Origin: Macrostomum lignano
Taxonomy: Eukaryota
DNA: 64,000 bases
Assembly (NCBI GenBank): GCA_002269645.1
Contig: NIVC01000309.1
Location: forward strand, 62,001-126,000
Reading direction: 5' to 3'
Part shown: in pieces, positions 45,801 to 56,800 of the stretch
Numbering within the stretch: position 1 is the first letter of the stretch
How the letters are laid out: each line of letters opens with the position of its first letter
The notes under the pieces: model-generated
Databases searched by the model: none
What the model saw: the letters and a program-made list of their open reading frames with translations, nothing else
What the model was told of the DNA's origin: nothing
Translations under genes and position numbers: made by a program

Positions 45801-48800
45801 CTAGACTAGACTAGACTAGACTAGACTAGACTAGACTAGATTAGACTAGACTAGACTAGACTAGATTTGACTAGACTAGACTAGACTAGATTAGAATTAG
45901 ATAGACTAGACTAGATTAGAATTAGATAGACTAGACTAAAATAGAAATAGACTAGAACTAGACTAGACTAGAAAAGACTATACTAAATTAAAAATAGACT
46001 AGACTAGCGATTTGAAATTCCTACTGTAAAACCTTGCTGCAGGAAAACCCCCATCGGAAAATTCTCACAGACCCTTTCAAACGGTACTCAACCAAAAAGT
46101 TCCTAGAAATTTTCAATCCAGAATTAAAGTACACCCTGTCACGGTTTAGAGTAGAAAACCATAAACTGGTCCGCAAAGCAATCAAGGACTGCGAGACCAA
46201 GGATCCCTTACGAGAACCTACCCAATGTGGGAGTGGAAAGTGAAGTTCACTTCCTGTTAAATTGTAGTTGGAACTTACATAGGGCTCCCTGTGATAAATT
46301 CTTGAATAAACTTTCAAATTAAAAAACGTTACAGCAGACGGCAAAGTATTTTATCTAATAAAAATATAAAAAAATAAAAAATAAAAAAAAAATATTTGAT
46401 TACACTTGCCCCGATTGGGCCAGATGTGTAACCGACAGCTCAGCCGCAGCTATCTGAAGGCTGCGTACGGCTGTTCAGTCCAAGGACTGGGGGGTCGCCA
46501 CACGCACCCTCAATTACCCCAGCTAATGCTGGCACTTATTTTACAGCTGGGTGAACTGAAGCAATGCAGAGTTAAGTGTCTTGCTCGAGGACACTAAGTG
46601 TTCCAGTGAGATTGAGAATCGAACCCCCGACCTTCAAGTCGTGAGTCAGACGCTCTAACCACTTGGCTACAGTCCCCTTTTAGTTAATGACTCAATAAGA
46701 TCGAGACATATTGAAAATTTTAGCTAAGTTCATCAAATACCCGGTAAATGACACAGGCCGGAAGGCAACTGCCCTGAGGCTTTATATTGGTAGAGCAAAA
46801 ATATGCTCGAATTGCTCTGTTAGCGCACGAGATTTCGAAGGCTCCTACACCGCAGCTCCTCAATGAACTGTAAAACCGTCCCGCAGGCAAGGCCGAAAAC
46901 AATCTCGCCGACTGCTCAGCTCGCATCACCAGCGGCAGCTCAATCAGCACAACCTACATGGGCTCAGAGCAGACGTCGCGTTCTGGAAAATCCTGCCGAT
47001 CGTGGGAGGCCCTGGCGAATGGCAGCCTGGCTGCAGAGTTTCAAAATCTGAACTCCAGCTTCGAGTATCGCGTGTTCCTGCCCGACCCAGACTCGGTTGC
47101 CAGCGTTGGCAGCGGCTGTCGGAGCGCAGTCGTGATGTTCAAGGACCCCAGCAGTGGCCTGGGCTGGCAGTCCATCTACAAACTCATCATTGACAGCGAC
47201 GTTGAAAATGAGTCTTGGTGTCTGGTTGCAAAGCCGAATTATAAAAACCTCACGCTTGAGGGCTGCGCTGTTCCTGACTGCTGTGAGTAAGGCGTGGCAA
47301 AGTGGGGAGAGTGAAGTATACTCGTACATTATGCATATGTATACTCGTACTTTGTATAGAATATAGATATATGTCTAACTCGCTGGGCTGTAAACTGCTT
47401 GCATGACTTATTAAACTTATTAAACCTGTCTTACAGCAATGACGCAAGCAGCCTATTCAGCTATGTGTAGTGAGTGAAACAAGGCTAGAGTGCTTGTTGT
47501 AGTCGATAGTTGCCGAAAGCTGGCGATCAGTATGAATAGCGAATAGCGATAGCTGAATAGCGATCAGTATATTTATTGAATTAGTGAGCTGAGTCAGGGT
47601 GGTGGCTAAAGTCACACTATGCACATTTAATACCGTACGCACAAGGGTAGAGCTAGCAAAGTCACGCGGCGCAGCCGCTAACAACTACCCCAACACACAC
47701 GATAGTAGGCGCTGCCTACACTATTTACTAACCGCGGCTAACTTTGCTTAACTTGCAGCGCTAAACTAAACTGAGACTGACGTCCTAATATGAAATTACA
47801 ATGGCATAGAATGTCTACAAACAACATTCTGATTTGAAAACATCCTTTCAGCAACCTCGCTGAAGTGCATCTCAGGCCTGCTGCACCAGAAGTACGGACC
47901 TCACGTGCTCTCCAAGCTGGTCGGCCCGAGCTTGGACGTCACCCTGCTCGACTGCAGCTTCGGTGACAAGAAGTGCACACCGGCTGACTTCACTGCGCTG
48001 CACCATCCCTACTACGGCGCCTGCTACAAGTTCAACAGCGCTCCGTTCCTTCGAGATCTGACGCCGATGCAGCACGGTTTGCGTCCGCTCAGCCTGAAGC
48101 TGTTCGCCGACGATCACGACTACATGGGCAACCGGCGTCCGGACACCTTCACGGCCGTCCGAGCAGTCATGGGCGGCCCGTACAACACCGGAGACGTGAG
48201 CGAGCCGGCAGGTTTTCGCCTGTTCGTGATGCCGCCGGGACAGCATCCAAGCTCCCCGAATGCCATCATCATCTACACTGGGGCCCAGTCAACGGTCCAA
48301 ATTAAATTTGTTGAGAACACGGACCACACAACGAGAGGCCTGTGCAACCCCGTTGAGTCAACCATTGACTACAGCATCCACAGCTGGAGCCCGACTGTAC
48401 GTCGACCGAGGAACGAACAAAACTTCTCGTCACTAGATCCCTACTTTTTGTGAGTCAGACTCACACTTCTGACAAGAAACACTCGTACCATCCGTCAGAC
48501 TCAATCTGAAACACAGTTCTTATCAATTTTGCAAAACTTTAAACTCCAACTTACTCACGAAAATTTCAGTGAGTTCAACAATAGCTGGACGTTTGTAAGC
48601 GACCAGGAGTCTTGCGCCAACCACATTGTTATCGACGAATTTATTAGGAACTGCGGCTGTCTGCCCTACCTGTTGCCAATTCCGACCAAATACAGAAACA
48701 TCCCAGACTGCTTCTATCTGAACAGCTCCGACCCCGCTGGTATTGAAAAGTTGCAGCTGAGCGAGTTCTGCGCGGTCAAACTTTTCACAAGGATGGAGAC

Positions 48801-49962
48801 GCTCATAGAGAAGCATTGGGCTGCGTGCAAGCCCAACTGTCGAAAGCCTCACTACTCGGTGCAGCTGGTGAGCATTCGATGTTGCTTGGCATTGAATTCG
48901 AAAGACAATAATTCAAGAGCTTGGTAGTGAAGTCGTGTGGCTTGGATACGTTTAGATACGCTTGGACTACGATGTGCCCTAACGTCTATGACTCAAATTG
49001 TTACAGTTGTGGTTGCGTCTTGTTCAGGCCACAGATACTAAACTATAATTCGTTATATAGTATCTGTGATTCAGGCTTTTTGTATAGAATAACACGCCAT
49101 TCAATTCACATTCTACGAGCGTATGTTAATCCATCAGCTAGACAAATATACAATCGAGCTCATATTTCCGAAAGTCCGTTCTCTGAGTTAGCTTGTCCAT
49201 GCTACATCCAAGAACTACTTAAGTTGTCCATGCTACATCTACTCTACGTTCAGGATTTTTGGTTCTGCGGTAAAACCCATTGCTGATTTTATCAAATCAA
49301 TTTTTATCGACATTCAACCTTCTAGACGACTCAGCCGTGGCCCGACGCGTCCCATGGTTGCCACCCACTGGTTAAATCCAAGTGGTGACAATTACAAAAT
49401 GTCTATAAGAAGCTTGTTGCGACAACAGAACCAAAATTTGAATACTTCCAGTTGAGAACACCCAGTTATGTTTCCAACCTTCCAGACGACTCAGCCGTGG
49501 CCCGACGCGTCCCACGCCGCTTACAACGCGACGCTGCAGTCGCTCACTTCGCTGATCGGCTTCCCGAAGCAGGTGAGCCCCGACCAGGGCCTGACCATGC
49601 TCTACTACTCCTACCTGCAGGGTGAGCAGCTGATCCAGCCCAGCTCGGTGCAGCGCTTCGGCCAGTCGCTGGCCATGCGAGAGGCGGCTCGCAGCAACCT
49701 GGCCTGGATCCGGGTCGAGGCCGAGTACCCGATCGGGTCCGGCAGCGCCCAGGCCGACGGATATCCGGTGGAGAATCTGCTGGCCGAGATGGGCGGCATT
49801 CTGGGTCTGTACTGCGGCGTCTCGGTGCTGACCATCTGCGAGCTGATGGACCTGGTGGGCCGCCTGCTGCACCGGGCCGCACTGCGATCGCTTCGAGGAA
49901 GACAAGTTGACAGCATCGGTGACTCGTCGAGTAATTCGAAAGTCGCTTCAACCACAGTTTAG
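42851..49962 (+). CDS. DEG/ENaC channel subunit 1 with two kringle domains, ~924 aa: join(42851..43493, 43584..43823, 43914..44036, 46887..47282, 47852..48449, 48570..48867, 49486..49962)
   Basis: FADSTTAHGF (HG motif) + TM1; FQYPDIYLCSANP; LLDCSFGDKKC...DF...HPYYGACYKFN; Cys-rich thumb (SCANH..NCGCLPYLLP..CKPNCRKPHY); TM2 LLAEMGGILGLYCGVSVLTICEL. Exons 2-4 encode kringles. Phases are consistent (2775 nt = 925 codons); intron 2 is GC-AG. Confidence 0.9.
44444..46006. repeat. (CTAGA)n microsatellite with higher-order variant cassettes, in channel 1 intron 3
   Basis: Direct reading; the cassette CTAAAATAGAAATAGACTAGAACTAG...GGCTATACTAG recurs. Confidence 0.97.
46396..46677 (-). mobile_element. 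tRNA-derived SINE with a CORE/Meta-like central domain
   Basis: Minus strand: GGGGACTGTAGCCAAGTGG (A box), GGTTCGATTC (B box), then GTGTCCTCGAGCAAGACACTTAAC...CAGTTCACCCAGCTGTAAAAT, resembling recalled conserved SINE central domains. Confidence 0.8.
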
Positions 49963-51018
49963 CGACCGTATACCGAGATCCCGAAAACTCTGGGTTTGGG
50001 CCATAGACTCTACCGGGTAGCTGCTGCCAGTGCTTGAGAGCATTAGAAGCTACTGTCTATGGCCTTAACACCGCGGGGTTTTTCCTCTGCGACCTCGGAT
50101 GACCCTCAGAAAATAGCACGAGAGCGTCAAGGTGAAATCAAGCAACAACTGTACAAATTTCCCTAAAGGCATCTTGCTTTTGTATTGTAGCTAAACTTTG
50201 ATTCTTTGATTGAAGTTTGTGACATTTGAGTTATGAATCAAACTCAACTTTTTTGTACATTGTACGTGTTGTAATTAGCACCTAATTTGTAATTGCACTT
50301 ATTTCCGTTTTTTTTAAATTGCTTAAGAAAACTAAAGAATCCAAGTAAAATATGTATTATTCTTAGCTGCTATTTGAAATCACATATACAGGACAGCAAC
50401 TTTTGTGATCGTTTGCAATTTTTTATAAGCTGCCTTCTTGAGTTTTGCTGCGCGATATGCTTAATCAAACTTTTAATTGCTTTTGTCTTGCCTAGAAATG
50501 TGCTAAATATTTTAATTGTTGTTGTAAAATAAACTAGCTACGCAAAAATGTGTATTCCTGGCATATTGTTCGTAAACAATATAATATTGACTACTAGAAA
50601 AGTTCTTTAATAATTTGATTGTCGTTAACTTGATCAATGAAAGAAAATTCCGGGTGATAATGTAGAAATTGGCGGGCTCTATGTTGGGGACAGGCTGGGT
50701 GTTTGAGCTGAGCAGAATGTCTATGGTAGAACGCTTCATTTTGTTTCTGATTCGCTGATGGAGTTCAGTGTTGATTAGGAGTTGTCAAAAAATGAAGCGG
50801 ACTTTTTGGGTACACATAATGATGGTAAAATGATGGAAAAAATAAATTCTATCAATGCTCTTCTATCAACTAACGACAACTAACGGAATTTTCCAGCCAA
50901 ATTGAGCCTTGCAATTGAGTAGTTGAAGACTTGCTGTTCATTGTCTATTTGAAAAATTCTAAAATATGTGATCCTATTTTAGTATCATAGCTAGTTCCTA
51001 ATCAGCTTAGTCTCGTTA

Positions 51019-53276
51019 ATCAGCTAGTATCAGCTAGTATCAGCTAGTATCAGCTAGTATCAGCTAGTATCAGCTAGTATCAGCTAGTATCAGCTAGTAT
51101 CAGCTAGTATCAGCTAGTATCAGCTAGTATCAGCTAGTATCGGCTAGTATCAGCTAGTATCGGCTAGTATCAGCTAGTATCAGCTAGTATCAGCTAGTAT
51201 CAGCTAGTATCAGCTAGTATCAGTTAGTATCAGCTAGTATCAGCTAGTATCAGCTAGTATCAGCTAGTATCAGCTAGTATCAGCTAGTATCAGCTAGTAT
51301 CAGCTAGTATCAGCTAGTATCAGTTAGTATCAGCTAGTATCAGCTAGTATCAGTTAGTATCAGCTAGTATCAGCTAGTATCAGCTGGTATCAGCTGGTAT
51401 CAGCTAGTATCAGCTAGTATCAGCTAGTATCAGCTAGTATCAGTTAGTATCAGCTAGTATCAGCTAGTATCAGCTGGTATCAGCTGGTATCAGCTAGTAT
51501 CAGCTAGTATCAGCTAGTATCAGCTAGTATCAGTTAGTATCAGCTAGTATCAGCTAGTATCAGTTAGTATCAGCTAGTATCAGCTAGTATCAGCTAGTAT
51601 CAGCTAGTATCAGCTAGTATCAGCTAGTATCAGCTAGTATCAGCTAGTATCAGCTAGTATCAGCTAGCATCAGCTAGTATCAGCTAGTATCAGCTAGTAT
51701 CAGCTAATATCAGCTAGTATCAGCTAGCATCAGCTAGCATCAGCTAGTATCAGCTAGTATCAGCTAATATCAGCTAGTATCAGCTAGTATCAGCTAGTAT
51801 CAGCTAATATCAGCTAGTATCAGCTAGTATCAGCTAGTATCGGCTAGTATCAGCTAGTATCAGCTAGTATCAGCTAGTATCAGCTAGTATCAGCTAGTAT
51901 CAGCTAGTATCAGCTAGTATCAGCTAGTATCAGCTAGTATCAGCTAGTATCAGCTAGTATCAGCTAGTATCGGCTAGTATCAGCTAGTATCAGCTAGTAT
52001 CAGCTAGTATCAGCTAGTATCAGCTAGTATCAGCTAGTATCAGCTGGTATCAGCTAGTATCAGCTAGTATCAGCTAGTATCAGCTAGTATCAGCTAGTAT
52101 CAGCTAATATCAGCTAGTATCAGCTAGCATCAGCTAGTATCAGCTAGTATCAGCTAGTATCAGCTAATATCAGCTAGTATCAGCTAGTATCAGCTAGTAT
52201 CAGCTAGTATCAGCTAGTATCGGCTAGTATCAGCTAGTATCAGCTAGTATCAGCTAGTATCAGCTAGTATCAGCTAGTATCGGCTAGTATCAGCTAGTAT
52301 CAGCTAGTATCAGCTAGTATCAGCTAGTATCAGCTAGTATCAGCTAGTATCGGCTAGTATCAGCTAGTATCAGCTAGTATCAGCTAGTATCAGCTAGTAT
52401 CAGCTAGTATCAGCTAGTATCAGCTAGTATCAGCTAGTATCAGCTAGTATCAGCTAGTATCAGCTAGTATCGGCTAGTATCAGCTAGTATCAGCTAGTAT
52501 CAGCTAGTATCAGCTAGTATCAGCTAGTATCAGCTAGTATCAGCTAGTATCAGCTAGTATCAGCTAGTATCAGCTGGTATCAGCTGGTATCAGCTAGTAT
52601 CAGTTAGTATCAGCTAGTATCAGCTAGTATCAGTTAGTATCAGCTAGTATCAGCTAGTATCAGCTAGTATCAGCTAGTATCAGCTAGTATCGGCTAGTAT
52701 CAGCTAGTATCAGCTAGTATCAGCTAGTATCAGCTAGTATCGGCTAGTATCAGCTAGTATCAGCTAGTATCAGCTAGTATCAGCTAGTATCAGCTAGTAT
52801 CAGCTAGTATCAGCTAGTATCAGCTAGTATCAGCTAGTATCAGCTAGTATCAGCTAGTATCAGCTAGTATCGGCTAGTATCAGCTAGTATCAGCTAGTAT
52901 CAGCTAGTATCAGCTAGTATCAGCTAGTATCAGCTAGTATCAGCTAGTATCAGCTAGTATCAGTTAGTATCAGCTAGTATCAGTTAGTATCAGCTAGTAT
53001 CAGCTAATATCAGTTAGTATCAGCTAGCATCAGCTAGTATCGGCTAGTATCAGCTAGTATCAGCTAGTATCAGCTAGTATCGGCTAGTATCAGCTAGTAT
53101 CAGCTAGTATCAGCTAGTATCGGCTAGTATCAGCTAGTATCAGCTAGTATCGGCTAGTATCAGCTAGTATCAGCTAGTATCAGCTAGTATCAGCTAGTAT
53201 CAGCTAGTATCAGCTAGTATCAGCTAGTATCAGCTAGTATCAGCTAGTATCAGCTAGTATCAGCTAGTATCAGCTA
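51019..53276. repeat. 10-bp satellite (ATCAGCTAGT)n, ~2.25 kb, between channel genes 1 and 2
   Basis: Direct reading. Confidence 0.98.
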
Positions 53277-53894
53277 AAGTCCAAAGTAAAACAGTCCAGC
53301 TACATTCCAAAGCCACGATCTACAACAATAGCCAGGGAGAATCAAATGGATTACAATTCGCCAGAGTCAGAGTAAAGGATGCTCAAGAGTCCTTGTAGCA
53401 TCCAAATTGTGGCCGCAACGCTGATTTATTAATAAAATGAAGCCATAAGCCCACTCATCAGAAACCTTTCCAAGAATAAACAATCGATGCTGAAAATATG
53501 AAGAGACAAAATTGGCACATAACGAATTAATTGACATTGTCACCCTGACGAAGAGGAAGTACGTGCCCCATGAAAATCAACTTCTCCCATTATTGACGCT
53601 CCTAGGAGTAACCGGCCCTGCTGGTATGAAAAAATTCTATCAGGAAGAGAGGAGGGGGGAGAATCATAACTGTAATTTATGCACCTCTCCTTTCCCCAGT
53701 GTGTTCGCCGTCGCTTTTCAACTTCTCTCTCAGTGATTAACTATTCCGGTTGCCAATGACAACTCTTCAAACAATTGGGCAACGGCAGAGAGAGGGCATT
53801 TAAAACGGGTACCAGGAGCCAGACTGCTGCAGCACAAACATAGAAGAAAGCAAGGGAGCCCCTGTCTGAGTCTGCAAACTTCAGTGAGGCAGCG

Positions 53895-56800
53895 ATGTCT
53901 GATAAAAAAATGAGCAAAGAAGAAGAAGTCCATCAAGACAACCGAGACGAAAACGACGAGGAACGCAAAGCGTCGGTCTCGGTGTCGCTGTTGAGCTTCG
54001 CAGATTCCACCACTGCTCACGGGTTCTCTCGGCTGGCCGGCTCCTCAGGTCGAACTGGCAGCGGCCTGTGGCTGCTGTTTCTGCTGGCGGCCTACGCGGG
54101 CCTCTGCTACCACACCGCCACGCTGGTCCTCAAGTTCCAGAGCCACCCGGTGTCCACCAGCCTGATTGCGGAGGTTCCATTCCAGTATCCGGACATCTAC
54201 CTGTGCAGCGCCAATCCTGTAGGCTACAGCCGCATCACCAAGTCCATCCAGAAGACGGCCGACTACGCCTACCTGTACGAGACCAATGTGACGGCTTACA
54301 ACTTGAAGCTGCAGAGTGACGTCATTAACAACAGTGCGGCGGATGTCAGCCTAGGAATCCACACTGCTTGGCTTAACTGGCAGTCACTAATTCTATCTAC
54401 CAGGGTTAACATGTCACCGGGTGAGGCAGTGCTTTGGTTGTTCATTGTATGCCATTTTCACTGAAGATTACACTATTCATTCAGGCAGTTTAACAGTTTG
54501 ATTGATGCACCTTGAAGATGTTGATTTGATCTCGTGGTGCACGAAAGTAAGAATTCATCATTTAAAGACAATTATTACTCATGTTGTCAATTGGTAGCTT
54601 TTGATTTAAGTTGCTACTTATTGCAAAACCAAAAACATTGCACCTGATCGTGCTAAAATTGTCTGATTTACAGTGGGTAAAATGTTAGTTTTCCAAGTAA
54701 ATAATTTGATTCAATCAGTTCCGCACGCTTCCTTGTTTGAGCAGCTTGAGCCATAGGGGCTGAGCACACTGCTTGTTGAGTGATCTGTTGACGCTTAAAA
54801 AACTAAATTTGCAGGGCTACCTGCAGAGGGGAGCATAATTTCTGCTACAGTTTTTTGGTCTCAAGCGAACAGGAAATTTCAACTCACAGCAGATGCGATT
54901 AACAGTAGTTAAGGTCCGACTGTGAATTTTTCATAAAGTTTGCCGGGCGCTACCCAAAAAGTTTTCGATGTCTTATTCAAACTAGAAGAGGTCTCAGGAA
55001 AGTCTGCTCAGCCCGTACCTTGCCTAAAAAGTCAAGTTGTTTGTCAAAGTTCTTATGCTACTTTCTGCTGCATTACATTTCAAATTTGACTTATTAATAA
55101 CTTACTAAACAGAGTTGCGTCTCCTTACTTTGAGCACAATACCATAGCATATTGGGTTTCACTAGATCAAGCATCTATATACCTGCAGACCTCCTCAACA
55201 GCTGTCGGATCTCTCTGCATGGCCAGGAGTTCACAGGAAATTACACCACAGCGCTAGCCTACAACCAGAGCCTGCAGCCGGTCCGAATGCCCTGCGTCAC
55301 CTGGTCGGAGGCCCGATCGCTCCTGATCAATATTTCATCCTATATTGGCAACCTGGTGCCCGACCTCAGCCACTCCTCGTGTCTGCACAACTCCAGTGTA
55401 AACATCTCGCTGATCAAGGCTGTGTTAGGCAAGTTCTTAAGCTAAAGTTTCTGTTATTTGTTCGTTAAAAATGCTCCGATTCAATAATTAGCGATCAGAA
55501 ATTCAATCGAATCACACAGGCTCCTACGACGGTGACCAGAGTAGCTACACCATTGGCAGAGTCTTTCAAGGCCCGTTCTGCTTTCACAGATCCGCTAACA
55601 GCAGCAGTGGACTGGACATCAACTACTGCGGCGTGCCGTATTGCAGTGAGTTGCTAACTGGATAATCTGCCTGAAGCTTGCATGGCTTCCTATGAAATTG
55701 CAGTGGTAGCCTGTGAGTTTCTCTAGCTTAGTTTCTTAAACAATGACAAATGGCTCTCAGTAGTAATCAAATGGCCAGGTGCAGCAGTTCCCATGTCTAT
55801 AATTCAGATGCAGATTCAAGTGTAGATTAGTTGGATTTCATTCTCGCAAATACAGATGCTATGAACTCTTATACCCGGATATCCTTGACTTGCGCAGACA
55901 AGGCCAACAACACTCTATCCGGCTGCACCTCATTCAACTCGAACATATCCGTGAACACGGTTTTCATGGGCAGCGTGAGGACGTCACGATCCGGCAGAAC
56001 CTGTCAGCCCTGGCAAGCCCTGGTTAACGGCAGTCTCAGCACACAGTTCCGCAACCTCGATCCGGTCATGGAGTTCCGCGTGTTCCTGCCCGACCCTGAA
56101 TCTGTTGCGAATGTTGGAAGCGATTGCCGCAGCGCCGCAGTGATGTACAGGGACCCCAGAAAGGGACTGGGCTGGCGACCCATCACTGAGCTCATCATTG
56201 ATGGACAGGTGACCCAAGAGCCTTGGTGTCTAGTTGAGAAGCCAGGCTACAAGAATCTGACAATGGAGAGCTGCAGCGTGCCCGACTGCTGTGAGTTCCT
56301 AATGACTATTTTAAAGGGACAGCACGGTCCTCATATTCTAAAAGTACGTAGAAAAACTTACTTTTTAAAAATCCAAATTGCAGCATCTTCGCTGAAGTGC
56401 ATCTCAGGCCTGCTGCACCAGAAGTACGGACCTCACGTGCTCTCCAAGCTGGTCGGTCCGAGCTTGGACGTCACCCTGCTCGACTGCAGCTTCGGTGACA
56501 AGAAGTGCACACCGGCTGACTTCACTGCGCTGCACCATCCCTACTACGGCGCCTGCTACAAGTTCAACAGCGCTCCGTTCCTTCGAGATCTGACGCCGAT
56601 GCAGCACGGTTTGCGTCCGCTCAGCCTGAAGCTGTTCGCCGATGATCACGACTACCTGGGCAACCGGCGTCCGGACACCTTCACGGCCGTCCGAGCAGTC
56701 ATGGGCGGCCCGTACAATCTCGGAGAGGCGAGTGACCCGGCTGGATTCAACTTGATCCTGATGCCGCCGGGAGCGTATCCGGGCACCTCACATGCCATTC

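Noticed and set aside
34369-46677. tRNA genes at 34730 and 46677 (minus strand)
   Set aside because: Anticodon and acceptor stems are broken and SINE bodies follow; called SINE heads instead.
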